A stretch of 64,000 nt of DNA from Candidatus Bathyarchaeota archaeon (GTDB taxonomy: Archaea > Thermoproteota > Bathyarchaeia > Bathyarchaeales > Bathycorpusculaceae): the NCBI GenBank assembly GCA_963832745.1, contig CAWHVC010000003.1, positions 416,001 to 480,000 of the forward strand, read 5' to 3'. Of the stretch, positions 37,934 through 48,160 are shown piece by piece. Position 1 is the first letter of the stretch. Each line of letters starts with the position of its first letter. The position numbers were made by a program, and so were the translations under genes. Below the pieces are notes generated by a model. The model searched no databases. It was not told the DNA's origin and saw nothing but the letters and a program-made list of their open reading frames with translations.

Positions 37934-38688
37934 TATTCTGTTTCTATTCTTGGCGCCAAGAAGAACGTCAATTTACCTTCTTTAGTCTGCTGGAAATCAA
38001 TGCGTACAGGCATGTCACTTGAAAATTCAAGCGTTGCAATGTCTGAAGTAGCTGAAGCTGCCTTGATTATTTCAGAAAGATAACTTAAGCTGAAGGTGGC
38101 TTTGGCGTTTTCTTTAACTTCCAAGTCAAGCAAGGCGTCGCTGCCTTTTTGTAAGGTTATTGTTGCACCCATCAAGTCACCGGTTGCGCTGAGAACTAGT
38201 TTTTCTGGGTCAGCTTCGATTCGCACGTGGTCACTGACTAACTGTGCGTCTTCGATGGCTTGGCTTAAACCGCTAGTGGTGCTTTTTGCTTTAACATTGA
38301 AGCTTATTTTTGGAGTAGGAACCTCTTCTTCAGATGCTTCAAGAGTTGGCATCGTAAAGTTTCTGGCGTATTTGCCCATGATTTTTATTTGCAGACGTCC
38401 AGTTTTGTCATCAAGTGAAAGTTCGACGGATTCGTCGCGGCCTGCACGTTTGAGAAGTTTGAGGAGTTCACTTATGTTTATGCACATTTTTGTTGGTTCA
38501 GTGCACACGTATTCTTCGAAAATGGTTTTTGGCCATTCGAAATCTATCATTGCTACGCGTGATGGGTCCATGGCGCGTAGTTTCAATCCTTCAGTGTCTA
38601 TTTTGAAGGTTGCTTCATCAACTAGTATTGAGATTGCGGTAGCCATATCTCTTAAGAGTTTAGCGTCAGATACTTTGAGCTTAAACAC
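37933..38688 (-). CDS. pcna: DNA polymerase sliding clamp PCNA
   Basis: LRAMDPSRVAMID, FSLSYL, FFLAPRIE; GTG start at 38688. Confidence 0.96.
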   Translation of the reverse strand: MFKLKVSDAKLLRDMATAISILVDEATFKIDTEGLKLRAMDPSRVAMIDFEWPKTIFEEYVCTEPTKMCINISELLKLLKRAGRDESVELSLDDKTGRLQIKIMGKYARNFTMPTLEASEEEVPTPKISFNVKAKSTTSGLSQAIEDAQLVSDHVRIEADPEKLVLSATGDLMGATITLQKGSDALLDLEVKENAKATFSLSYLSEIIKAASATSDIATLEFSSDMPVRIDFQQTKEGKLTFFLAPRIETE

Positions 38689-38871
38689 GGTTCCTCTTCC
38701 TCGCCTAAATGCATATGTTGTATATTTATATAAGTTATCCTTAATCGCTGACCTTATAGATAAACTTGTTCTAAAACCCCTAAAACAACCCATAAAAGAA
38801 CAAAAATTTTAGAGAATCGCTAAAAAAACCAAAAACGGCAGATTAAAAATGAAAAAAGAGAATTTTTCAGT

Positions 38872-39225
38872 TTAACTGTATTCTCTATAAGTGTAATTGC
38901 ATTTTGTGCAACGCAGAAACTGCGTAGAAGACTCATCTGCCCCGCGTGTTTGCACTTGCCACACGTAAGCTTGATTGTTTCCGCACCTTGGACATTCCAC
39001 CCTAACTGTTGGCAACGTATTTAGTTTCTGTTCTTCCTTGCCTATCACAGCTACAAACTGTTGTGGATTATGCTGAATAACTTTTGCAGGTTTTGGTTCA
39101 AGTGCTGCACCAGTTTCAGGTTTTTTGTATCCGCATTTAGGGCAAGCAAGAACCAAAGAAGCTTCTTTACCAATTTTTGATTTCTTCGGTTCAAGACGAC
39201 TACCGCATTTAGGACAGAATTCCAT
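38872..39225 (-). CDS. tfs: transcription factor S (TFS/RpoM)
   Basis: MEFCPKCGS..CPKC; CPRCG..QTRGADE..CTKC. Confidence 0.94.
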   Translation of the reverse strand: MEFCPKCGSRLEPKKSKIGKEASLVLACPKCGYKKPETGAALEPKPAKVIQHNPQQFVAVIGKEEQKLNTLPTVRVECPRCGNNQAYVWQVQTRGADESSTQFLRCTKCNYTYREYS

Positions 39226-39292
39226 TTTGGTTCCCTCATCCGTTTTTGATTCCCTTATCTTTATCGCTTTTAAACTTTTTCTAAGTATTCGA

Positions 39293-39874
39293 TTACAAAA
39301 AGCTGATTCCCGAAGCAACTAGATGTGCCACCCTTAACGGTTCAGGAATACTGCTTCTTGTGGAAGTCAAAGCAATAATTTTTTGGGCATCCTCGCAGTA
39401 TAATCCGGCAGTTTGCATAAAAATTTTTTTGCCATTATTTTGTAGAGCAAAAATTTCGCCAGCTTTAAGCAAAGTTTCAAAGCGTACTTCTGAATGGTCA
39501 AGATTGCTTAAGGCTGAACAGATGCTATCCATGTTCGGTTTATCTTTTGTTATAGCAATAACAGGCAAATCGGTTGCCTTGTTAAGCTCGTCAATATCTA
39601 TGACGTTGAAGCCTGCAAACGTTAACCCATTAAGCATTATGACCCGCAGTTGCCTGTAATGCGTGGAAGCCTGAATCATTTTAGCAACGTTTTCTGTAAC
39701 ATCAAAGCCGTCAACCCAAACCTTGGTTGCCATTAAGCCTTCAAACCATAACCCACCTTTGTAAACCACGCCGACTACGGGCACTTGAGTTTTGGAGCGA
39801 AAAAGATGCTTTCCATCATCGACACCTACGACTCGAATCTCAGGCTTAATAGTTCTAAAACGTTTAACAGCCAA
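39293..39874 (-). CDS. DUF99/UPF0215 endonuclease V-like protein
   Basis: GVDDG, VDGFD, GLTFAGFNVID, IPEPLRVAHLVAS. Confidence 0.9.
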   Translation of the reverse strand: MAVKRFRTIKPEIRVVGVDDGKHLFRSKTQVPVVGVVYKGGLWFEGLMATKVWVDGFDVTENVAKMIQASTHYRQLRVIMLNGLTFAGFNVIDIDELNKATDLPVIAITKDKPNMDSICSALSNLDHSEVRFETLLKAGEIFALQNNGKKIFMQTAGLYCEDAQKIIALTSTRSSIPEPLRVAHLVASGISFL

Positions 39875-39951
39875 AATTCAGCCTCACAAAAACAATAGGG
39901 AAGCTAAACCAATTTAACACTTTATCAAAAATAAAAGAAAACAAGAAAAGT

Positions 39952-40233
39952 TTAAGCTTTTAGGGCTTTTTTGAGTTCTCGGCTGAACTCTTCATTGTCT
40001 GCTATTGCCTTTTTGGCTGCAGCAACTAATGTGTCTTCGGGCTTTAAGTCGCCTTTCATTCTGATGTAAATGATTGGGCTTGAAGCTAAAGGGTGAGGAA
40101 CGTCATAACCTGCTAAATCTACGTTTTCGTCTTGCAAGATTTTTTTCTGAAGCAGATTACATAGGCCATGGTCTGTGCCCTGAATCTCAATTTTTAATTC
40201 GTTACCGTTTTTCTTTAAAACATTAATTTTCAT
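39952..40233 (-). CDS. rpoL: RNA polymerase subunit L (Rpo11)
   Basis: GTDHGLCNLL, AGYDVPHPL. Confidence 0.93.
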   Translation of the reverse strand: MKINVLKKNGNELKIEIQGTDHGLCNLLQKKILQDENVDLAGYDVPHPLASSPIIYIRMKGDLKPEDTLVAAAKKAIADNEEFSRELKKALKA

Positions 40234-40246
40234 TCTTGGTTACCTC

Positions 40247-40828
40247 TTAGAGTGGTTCTGTTCCATAGTCAATGGCTGTTTTTCGTTTTTCGATGTTACC
40301 GCATTTGGGGCAACGCATTTCATACCGGTCAAGATTTAGAAGGCTACTGCATCTTGAACAGAAACCGTACAGTACACCCAAGTTTTTGTCTTGAGTAGTT
40401 AAATGGTAAATTTGGTTCTTTTCACTGATAACTTTAGCGCGGATGATGTCACCAGGTTTACAGACTTCATTCATCGAATTAATGTAACGGTCGGAAACAT
40501 CAGAGATATGAAGAATGCCGCCGAAAACACCGCTGATTTTTTTGTTACCCACTCTAAAGATTCTGACCAAAACATTGTCTGACTGAGCATTCCCAACTTG
40601 ACCAATAACGGTTGTTCCAGCTTTTGGAGTTACTGCGCCGTTAATTAATGGATAAACTGAAACACGCTTGTTAAGAAGATCCATTAATGCGCGTCCAACA
40701 ATTTTTGAGTAAATAACGCCGTCTTTAACGTATGTTCCTGAATCAGGAATAAACTCTTCAATAACACCTAAGCGTTCGCCCGGTAAAACTAGATGGCCGC
40801 TTTTTTGTTCCGGTGGTTTTAGACTCAT
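40247..40828 (-). CDS. csl4: exosome complex RNA-binding protein Csl4
   Basis: VLPGERLG..EEF, S1 domain GDIIRAKV, Zn ribbon CSRC..CPKCG..RK. Confidence 0.93.
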   Translation of the reverse strand: MSLKPPEQKSGHLVLPGERLGVIEEFIPDSGTYVKDGVIYSKIVGRALMDLLNKRVSVYPLINGAVTPKAGTTVIGQVGNAQSDNVLVRIFRVGNKKISGVFGGILHISDVSDRYINSMNEVCKPGDIIRAKVISEKNQIYHLTTQDKNLGVLYGFCSRCSSLLNLDRYEMRCPKCGNIEKRKTAIDYGTEPL

Positions 40829-40966
40829 GACAGTTCTCTCTTTAAACTTGTTTTAATAAGCGAAATTATAATCGCGTCTTGCTAAGTAGCATATGCTAAG
40901 ATTCTACGCTACGCAATAAACCTTTTGATTTAGTTCAGAAAATCAAACCTGACATAAAAAATGCCT

Positions 40967-41671
40967 CTATGAACATTTATGCTCTATAACGTAAAGGTCA
41001 ATGATAAAGTCATGATGCTCTTTTGTGTGAAAATCAAACATTTTAGGAATAGTCATAAGTGTAGCGTAAACCGCCCTAACAGCCCCACCGTGTTGCTCAA
41101 TTAAACGTTTCAAAAAAGCGTTTGGCTGAACCTCAACTAAACCATTCCCAGACGTTTTTAACTTGCCAATTAAGCGTTTGTCCACTTCAGGATGATTATG
41201 CAATGAGTAAACCATTTTGCCAGACTCTAAGGCTTTAACAAGAAAGGCGCGGTCAGCATTACGAGTTTGAACCCCAAAAGGCGGATTCTGCAACACCGTA
41301 TCAAAACAGCCTTCAACAGCGGCGATGTCACCGTTAATCCACTGCGTATTAGCTGCCAAGCCAACAGTTTGAGAGTTTTCAACGGCAACCTTCAACGCTG
41401 ACTTATCAACGTCAACGCCCAAAACGTTAGCGGCTCCAAGAAAAGCTGCACCCAAAGCCAATCGGCCAGTACCGCAACCTAAATCCAAGACACGTTTGCC
41501 GACAATATCGTTGTTTGCGTAGGCTGCAATATAAAGCATTGTTGCGGCGATACTCTCTGAAATGGTGTACTGTTCAAGGTCGACTTTGGGTGCGGGGTTA
41601 ACTTTGACGCCTGCTAGGAACCGTTCAAGGTCTAGTTTTCGAATAAGCCTTTTTTGAGCATACTCTCCCAT
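40967..41671 (-). CDS. METTL5-family SAM methyltransferase
   Basis: LEQY, LDLGCGTG, NPPFG, DRAFL, FHTK. Confidence 0.9.
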   Translation of the reverse strand: MGEYAQKRLIRKLDLERFLAGVKVNPAPKVDLEQYTISESIAATMLYIAAYANNDIVGKRVLDLGCGTGRLALGAAFLGAANVLGVDVDKSALKVAVENSQTVGLAANTQWINGDIAAVEGCFDTVLQNPPFGVQTRNADRAFLVKALESGKMVYSLHNHPEVDKRLIGKLKTSGNGLVEVQPNAFLKRLIEQHGGAVRAVYATLMTIPKMFDFHTKEHHDFIIDLYVIEHKCS

Positions 41672-42633
41672 GAAGCTTCGCCGGATGCAACCATAAACTC
41701 GTTAACGGTTAATATGGGCTTCGCGAATTTTCCAGGTGCATCAAGTGAGATTCTTGGGCAGGCAGTGTTCACGTAAGCGTCGATTGTTGGGAACTCAAGT
41801 AGGGATTCAGGCGTAACCTCACGTATTGCCATCAGATACGCGGTTTTACCTTGTTTTTCGATTAATTCTTTGACTTTTAGGGCTTCTTCAACACGTTTTT
41901 GGCCGGGTTTTAAGCCGATGATTATGCCGATGCTTTTGGCATTTTTTGCCTGCTCAATGCAGGCCCAATGCTGCTTGAGAAGCTTTTGCGCTTCTTCACT
42001 AAGGGAAAATGCTCTGTTATCGTATGGGTCAGCGACAATTGTCGGTTTTGAAGTGCTCAAAGCTATGCCCAAAGCATGAAAAATTCCGCCGCCGACAAAC
42101 AGGTACGCTTCCACATCGTCCGCTATAGATTTAACGTTACTGTAATCGCATCCGATAACTTGCCCAGCATACCCCACGTGTCCAGCTTCACCGATTATCA
42201 CTGTTTTTCCTGAACGAACTAGCAACTCGCGGGTTTCGTTTAAGGTTTGTAGGTGTTGAACAGAGGTTGCTAACCCAATTTTCGAGTAACTACTAAGTAG
42301 CGGCAGGGCTTTCTCTATTGCTTCATTAACGTTTGCTGAAGCTCTTGCTTCAACATAAATGGTGGGAACAGGTTCATGTTTAACAAGTTTTGAATGCCCA
42401 AAATGAATAACCAAATCCGCACCTAAACTTGCCGCTTCATTAGTGGCGATGTCACATGCACCGTAGCATGGGTCAGCTGAAATCATGGCAAGTGCGCCAG
42501 TTTTCTCCACTATTTTTCCTAGTCGGGTGGCTTCAGGTTTTAAGCCTTGGGGCATCTGGATTAAAACTCGTTTAGCGCCAAGGTTTTGGATTTCATTTTT
42601 GATTCTTTCTTCTTCAAAATCAAAATTTTTCAT
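41632..42633 (-). CDS. dph2: diphthamide biosynthesis enzyme Dph2
   Basis: QMPQGLK, CYGACD, HFGHS, GQVIGC, ACPRI. Confidence 0.95.
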   Translation of the reverse strand: MKNFDFEEERIKNEIQNLGAKRVLIQMPQGLKPEATRLGKIVEKTGALAMISADPCYGACDIATNEAASLGADLVIHFGHSKLVKHEPVPTIYVEARASANVNEAIEKALPLLSSYSKIGLATSVQHLQTLNETRELLVRSGKTVIIGEAGHVGYAGQVIGCDYSNVKSIADDVEAYLFVGGGIFHALGIALSTSKPTIVADPYDNRAFSLSEEAQKLLKQHWACIEQAKNAKSIGIIIGLKPGQKRVEEALKVKELIEKQGKTAYLMAIREVTPESLLEFPTIDAYVNTACPRISLDAPGKFAKPILTVNEFMVASGEASWESMLKKGLFEN

Positions 42634-42702
42634 GTTCTCAAGCCCTTAAGATAATATTAGTTGTCAAAAATTAAAAAAGAATTAGGTTAAACGGGGGATG
42701 TT

Positions 42703-45111
42703 TTACCATTCCCAGTCGGGAACGGGTCTCTTAAGCGGTTTACCTGCGGCGATTGCTGCTTGCTCGGCTAAGCGGTCAAGAACAATTCTTTGCTCTACAC
42801 CTGCAACATTCCTTCTTGTAGCTGCGACTGCATCATTGTTTACAGATATGCTGTCAATTCCAGCGCGGACGAGAAATTCTGCAAAGTCTGGCAGGTTTGA
42901 TGGTCCTTCACCGCAAATGCTCACAGTGCACCCGTTTTCATGTGCAACCTGAATTAAGTGTGCAATGATGCGTTTTACTGCTGGGTCGCGTTCGTCAAAG
43001 TAACCCATTTGTCCGAGACGTTCTGAGTCGCGGTCGATCATTAGAACTCCTTGGGTCATGTCGTTGCTGCCGATGCTAAAGCCATCTACGAGTTTGCTGA
43101 ATTCATCGGCCATGATTGCAATGCTTGGAGTTTCTGCCATGAACCAAATCTTGAAGTCGCGTGAACGTTCAAGACCTTCTTGGCGCATAATTTCAAGGAC
43201 TTGCTTTGCCTCCCAGAGGGTTCTGACCATTGGGAGCATAACGTAAACGTTCTTAAGACCCCATTCAGAACGGCATTTCTTAATTGCTTGGCATTCAAGA
43301 CGGAAGGCTTTCTCGTACCATTTGCTGATGTAACGACTGCAACCTCTCCAACCTAACATTGGGTTTTCTTCAACTATTTCGTATTTTTCGCCGCCTTTAA
43401 GGTCACGGTACTCGTTAGTCTTGAAATCGCTAAATCTAACGACCACTATGCGCGGCTGGATTGCACGTGCAACTTTGGCGACTCCTTCAGCGAATTTTTC
43501 AACCAGTTTTTGTTCTTGACCGGTTTCAACTAGATATAATGGATGTTCTCCAATGTAATCTGCGAAGATAAATTCTGTACGCATTAAACCGATGCCTTGG
43601 AATGGCAGGTTCTTGTAGTCATCAATCTTATCAGGAATGGCTAAGTTCATGTAGATTTTAGTTGCGGTTACTGGAGCAGGAGCATCAACAGTGTGAAGTA
43701 CCGTGCTTGTGGCTTCTGGGTCTTGTTTCATTATGCCTTCATAGATTATGCCGTTTCTTGAGTCAACAGTGTATTCTTTGCCGGTCTTCATAACTTCTGT
43801 GGCGGTTTCTGTTCCAACAACACAGGGTATGTTGAGTTCTCGGCTTACGATTGCTGCGTGTGAGGTGATTCCGCCTTTGTCTGTTACAATCGCGCTTGCG
43901 ATTTTCATGTATGGGACAAAGTCGGGGTTTGTCATGTCTGTAACTAGAACGTCGCCTTTTTGCATCATTGCGGATGCTTCATCAGTGGTTAGGGCAACTT
44001 TAGCTACCCCAAAGCCGTAACCGCGTTTACCAGCGCTGATGCCTCTGACGGCGACTTTAAGTTGTTCGTTAGTTTTTCCTTTTGACTCATCTGGGGTTTC
44101 CATAGTTTTTGACCACACTGTTTCTGGGCGTGCTTGAACCAAGAAGATGTTACTCGGATAAGGTAAGTCTTGATCAATTGCCCATTCAATATCCATGGGT
44201 TTACCGTAATGTTTCTCAATTTTGCGTGCAAGTTCTGCAAGCGCCATTATTTCTTCGTCGCTGACGCAGACTACCTTTTGCTGTTCAGGCGGAATATCCA
44301 AGTGTATAGTTTTTCCTGTTTCAGGGTCTCTAATGTACTTAATTGTTTTTCGTGCAATTCGGCGTTCCTTGATGTCCATAGCTGTTTTGTCGATAACAAA
44401 GTCATCGGGGTTAACAGCACCTGAAACCACTGATTCGCCAAGACCATAATTGCCTTCAATCACGATCTCATTTCGGTTTCCAGTAACAGGGTTAATTGTG
44501 AACATTACACCTGCAGCACGAGAGTTAACCATTTTTTGCACGCCGACACTGATAAAGACTTTATCGTGCGCAAAATTTTTCTCTGTTCGGTAAAATATGG
44601 CTCGTGGAGTAAAGAGGCTTGACCAGCATTTAACTACTTTGTCAACCAGGTCATCTGCGCCTTTCACGTTCAAATAAGTTTCTTGTTGACCCGCAAATGA
44701 AGCATCTGGCAAATCTTCTGCAGTTGCGCTTGAACGGACAGCAACAAACGTGTCTTTAAGATTGAAACGTTTGTTTAACTGTTTGTAAGCTTCTCTGATG
44801 GCTTCTTCGATGTCTTTAGGCATCGGAGTTTTTTCCATTAATTCACGGATCCGTTTTGAAGCCACTTCATACTGCTTAGGGTCATTAGGGTCAGTGACGG
44901 TTTCTTTAATTACAGCATAGATTTTTTTTGCAATCTGCGTCTCTTCAATAAATTTTTCATAAGAAAAAGCTGTAACGGCAAAACCGTTGGGAACCGGCAA
45001 CCCGGCATGGATCATTTCACCAAGGCTGGCGTTCTTGCCGCCAACAATGGGGACGTCATTATTTCTTACATTATCAAATAATAAAACCAAAGCTTTGCTT
45101 GGATCACTCAA
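42703..45111 (-). CDS. ppsA: phosphoenolpyruvate synthase
   Basis: VGGKNASLGE, RSSATAEDLPDASFAGQQET, GGITSHAAIVSRE, EENPMLGWRG, SIGSNDMTQ. Confidence 0.96.
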   Translation of the reverse strand: MSDPSKALVLLFDNVRNNDVPIVGGKNASLGEMIHAGLPVPNGFAVTAFSYEKFIEETQIAKKIYAVIKETVTDPNDPKQYEVASKRIRELMEKTPMPKDIEEAIREAYKQLNKRFNLKDTFVAVRSSATAEDLPDASFAGQQETYLNVKGADDLVDKVVKCWSSLFTPRAIFYRTEKNFAHDKVFISVGVQKMVNSRAAGVMFTINPVTGNRNEIVIEGNYGLGESVVSGAVNPDDFVIDKTAMDIKERRIARKTIKYIRDPETGKTIHLDIPPEQQKVVCVSDEEIMALAELARKIEKHYGKPMDIEWAIDQDLPYPSNIFLVQARPETVWSKTMETPDESKGKTNEQLKVAVRGISAGKRGYGFGVAKVALTTDEASAMMQKGDVLVTDMTNPDFVPYMKIASAIVTDKGGITSHAAIVSRELNIPCVVGTETATEVMKTGKEYTVDSRNGIIYEGIMKQDPEATSTVLHTVDAPAPVTATKIYMNLAIPDKIDDYKNLPFQGIGLMRTEFIFADYIGEHPLYLVETGQEQKLVEKFAEGVAKVARAIQPRIVVVRFSDFKTNEYRDLKGGEKYEIVEENPMLGWRGCSRYISKWYEKAFRLECQAIKKCRSEWGLKNVYVMLPMVRTLWEAKQVLEIMRQEGLERSRDFKIWFMAETPSIAIMADEFSKLVDGFSIGSNDMTQGVLMIDRDSERLGQMGYFDERDPAVKRIIAHLIQVAHENGCTVSICGEGPSNLPDFAEFLVRAGIDSISVNNDAVAATRRNVAGVEQRIVLDRLAEQAAIAAGKPLKRPVPDWEW

Positions 45112-45647
45112 GCGGTTTCAGTCTCCGTCGGGGCCTTCTCGGCGGCAGCTGACATAGGAGATTTGGTCACCACGATTTTGCAGTGGATTGGGAGTTTTGC
45201 GCTGCCACGTTTAAGAGATTCTTTTGCAATCTCAGCGGATGCTGCTTTCACTTTCACAGTGATGATTGGTTGATCTACCTCAACTTTCGCTGCTGTGCCT
45301 ACTGCTGTTCCGAATGAGCGTCTCATTCCTTGCTGAAGTCGGTCAGCATGGGCACCGAAGATCATCTTGTTTTCCCGTAGGATAATGTGTGGATATGGAT
45401 GGACAACCATAAGATATTCATTAACCAGTTTGTCCATTAGAACACGGTTTGTGGCTACACGCGCCGCTTCGAGTGCGCTATGGCGTACTTGCACTCTTTT
45501 TGTTGATAAGAGCTGGACTTCGAAGTCAAAGTTGCCTTTTGTGTCGCCCATAGTGAACTTTACGATTTTTGGTGGTGGAAAGCCTCGAGCGTATTCTTTT
45601 CTTGTGTAAGCTCGATTTTTAACGTGCCTGAAATTTCTTGCGTGCAT
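45108..45647 (-). CDS. rpl10e: 50S ribosomal protein L10e/uL16
   Basis: YTRKEY, ALEAARV, LRENKM..ADRLQQGMRRSFG. Confidence 0.96.
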   Translation of the reverse strand: MHARNFRHVKNRAYTRKEYARGFPPPKIVKFTMGDTKGNFDFEVQLLSTKRVQVRHSALEAARVATNRVLMDKLVNEYLMVVHPYPHIILRENKMIFGAHADRLQQGMRRSFGTAVGTAAKVEVDQPIITVKVKAASAEIAKESLKRGSAKLPIHCKIVVTKSPMSAAAEKAPTETETA

Positions 45648-45797
45648 TCAGCGTCCCTTTTTAACGTAACACTTTCAGCGGTATTTAAACAATTTGCAAT
45701 TTTATGTCAACATTTACGTGAGTTTTCCGCTTATCCACTAATTAAGCGCTTTATGCATGGATAATGATGTTTTTTGTAATGCGCTTAAATAGTTTAG

Positions 45798-47114
45798 TTG
45801 ACTTGTAGGTTTTTAATGTTTACGTTACTGTTCATTTCAGGAAAGAATTGGCAACTTTCCCTAGCAGAGGTTACAGCCTACCTGCAAGCAAGGCAAATTA
45901 GCTTTGAAGTACAGCATTTTAACAAAGAATTTTTCACAATCCAAACACAGCAAGCCTTAGACCCAGCGGTTATAGAGGATTTAGGCGGCACCATAAAAAT
46001 CGGTCAAGCCATGCTGACGCTTCCAACCCAGCAAGTAAAGGAAGCCTACGTAAAGCACGACAAACAAGCAGAAAAACAAGTTGCAGAAGCTTTAGAGAAA
46101 AGTGGCATAGTTGACCAGATGGCCAAACAAGCACAAGGCAGAGTCTTCTTTGGTGTTAGTGTTTACTATGAAGAAAACCAACTTAAGTCACGTGCCGGTG
46201 AAATCCAGCGTCTTTTAGGAAGCGCCGTTAAAGATGAGCTAGCTGAGTACGGCAAGAAAGCTCGTTTCATGGGGTTTGCAGACAAGTCACAGGGGCAACT
46301 TAGCCACGTAGAAGTTTTAAAGAAGAAGCTTGTGGAAACCAAGTCCGAGGTTCTTTTGTGCATTGGTAAAGAAGCCAGCTGGATAGCAACAACCATTGCA
46401 GTCCATAACCCGTTTGAGTTTCAGAAACGTGACATTTACAAGCCAAGGCAAAGAAAAATTTTCGGCATGCCACCGCGACTTGCTAAAATCATGGTTAACC
46501 TTTCAGGTTGCACAGAAGGAAAAACTTTGCTTGATGCTTTCTGTGGTGTAGGCACGGTCTTGCAGGAAGCATTGCTAAGTAAAGCCCATGTTGTAGGCAC
46601 AGACATTAATCCTTGGTGTATCAAAGCGGCAGAAGACAATCTTGAATGGCTAACACAGGAATATGAACTTAGAGATGTAGATTACCGTGTTGTTCAAAGC
46701 GATGTGGGTTTTCTGTCAAGAAAAATTGGCAGAGAAACCGTTGATTGCATCGTATCAGAACCGGATTTAGGTCCAGCATTGCGGCAGGTTCCAACCACGC
46801 CCTACGCACAAAAGGTCATCGATAAACTTACGCCACTGTTTTTCAGCTTTGTTGAAGAAGCCTACAGTGTCCTCAAACCTGACGGCAGGCTTGTTGTGGT
46901 TACGCCGTATATTGTTGCACGTTCGGGCCAAGTTGTTACGATGCCAATTGGCGAAAAAGCTCAGAACGTTGGTTTTGTGCGTGTTAAACCGTTTAGCCCA
47001 GAAATCTTTGCAAAAAACGCAGTTGACATCGAAGCGTTAACGGGTTTGGAGTCGCTTGTCGAAGTTGACTCAAGGCATTTGATTGGCAGAGAAATTCATG
47101 TTTTCCGTAAATAA
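45798..47114 (+). CDS. Trm11/TrmG10-like (UPF0020) RNA methyltransferase
   Basis: LGGTIKIG, MPPRLAKIMVNL, LLDAFCGVGT, SEPDLGP. Confidence 0.78.
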   Translation: MTCRFLMFTLLFISGKNWQLSLAEVTAYLQARQISFEVQHFNKEFFTIQTQQALDPAVIEDLGGTIKIGQAMLTLPTQQVKEAYVKHDKQAEKQVAEALEKSGIVDQMAKQAQGRVFFGVSVYYEENQLKSRAGEIQRLLGSAVKDELAEYGKKARFMGFADKSQGQLSHVEVLKKKLVETKSEVLLCIGKEASWIATTIAVHNPFEFQKRDIYKPRQRKIFGMPPRLAKIMVNLSGCTEGKTLLDAFCGVGTVLQEALLSKAHVVGTDINPWCIKAAEDNLEWLTQEYELRDVDYRVVQSDVGFLSRKIGRETVDCIVSEPDLGPALRQVPTTPYAQKVIDKLTPLFFSFVEEAYSVLKPDGRLVVVTPYIVARSGQVVTMPIGEKAQNVGFVRVKPFSPEIFAKNAVDIEALTGLESLVEVDSRHLIGREIHVFRK

Positions 47115-47176
47115 TCGTTAATGTTATTAGTTTGGTTCTTGTTTGTTTCTAAAACAAAACTGGGCAGTGTAAACCA

Positions 47177-47671
47177 TTGAGCAGTGAAAAAGTTAACACA
47201 AGACCCGATTGGGACCGATACTTCCTCGACCTTTGTGAAGCAGTTTCTAAACGTGCAACCTGTGACCGTGGAAGATGCGGCGCCGTAATTGTCAAAGACA
47301 AACGCATAATGACCACAGGTTATGTGGGAGCGCCAGCAGGTTTACCACATTGCGACGAAGCTGGACATGACATGCGCAAAGTCTTCAATGGAGACGGAAC
47401 CATAACACAACATTGCGTACGAACTTTGCATGCAGAACAAAATGCCATTATCCAAGCTGCAAGGTTTGGAATCAGACTTGAAGGTTCAACATTGTACTGC
47501 AAGATGACGCCGTGTCGGGTTTGTGCCATGATGATAATTAACGCGGGCATTAAACGAGTGGTCTGCGAGAAACGTTACCACGCCGACGCCGATACGATTT
47601 TGTATTTTAAAGAGGCAGGCATTGAGTTAACGATAATGAATAACGAGTTTGAGCAATACAAAAATCAATAG
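47177..47671 (+). CDS. dCMP deaminase (ComEB family)
   Basis: RPDWDRYF, RATCDR, HAEQNAI, PCRVC. Confidence 0.92.
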   Translation: MSSEKVNTRPDWDRYFLDLCEAVSKRATCDRGRCGAVIVKDKRIMTTGYVGAPAGLPHCDEAGHDMRKVFNGDGTITQHCVRTLHAEQNAIIQAARFGIRLEGSTLYCKMTPCRVCAMMIINAGIKRVVCEKRYHADADTILYFKEAGIELTIMNNEFEQYKNQ

Positions 47672-47704
47672 CACTGTTTTTTAACATATTAATGGCTTAA
47701 AAAG

Positions 47705-47731
47705 TAGCCATTACGGACCTACCCCTCTTAG
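47705..47731 (-). repeat. 27-bp dispersed repeat copy between convergent genes
   Basis: Reverse complement CTAAGAGGGGTAGGTCCGTAATGGCTA is 25/27 identical to 18494-18520. Confidence 0.7.
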
Positions 47732-47749
47732 GTTTCAAAGATTGCTGTT

Positions 47750-48112
47750 TCATCTTTGCAAAGGGTTTAATGAAGAGCGACGTTTTACACTGGTCAAAGT
47801 TGCAATCCATTTTACATTATCAAACCCATACTTGGTTATAAGCGGGTCAATAAAGCTGGGTGCCAAATTGTCATCAATTTCAGCAAAGACCACAGTGTCA
47901 CCTATGCGGTAAACAATTCCCACAACCGTCAAGTCTTTTAGGGGCGCGTATTTTGCTTTGATTTCCCAGTAACCGGGCTCGTCACGGCCTGCCTCAATAA
48001 TCCAAGAATACTTATCCTCGGGATGCTCGCCTTGAGTAAAATTGAAGGCACAAACTGCTTCGCCGACAGCTTTAGGCTCGTCCTTTGTTTTAACGTAAAA
48101 CCACAACGTCAT
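47750..48112 (-). CDS. hypothetical protein
   Basis: ORF from ATG 48112 (MTLWFYVKTKDEPKAVG..) with protein-like composition. Confidence 0.65.
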   Translation of the reverse strand: MTLWFYVKTKDEPKAVGEAVCAFNFTQGEHPEDKYSWIIEAGRDEPGYWEIKAKYAPLKDLTVVGIVYRIGDTVVFAEIDDNLAPSFIDPLITKYGFDNVKWIATLTSVKRRSSLNPLQR

Positions 48113-48160
48113 AAAAACCACTATAAAATAACTACCAGCCACTTGCTTTTAACAGTTTTT

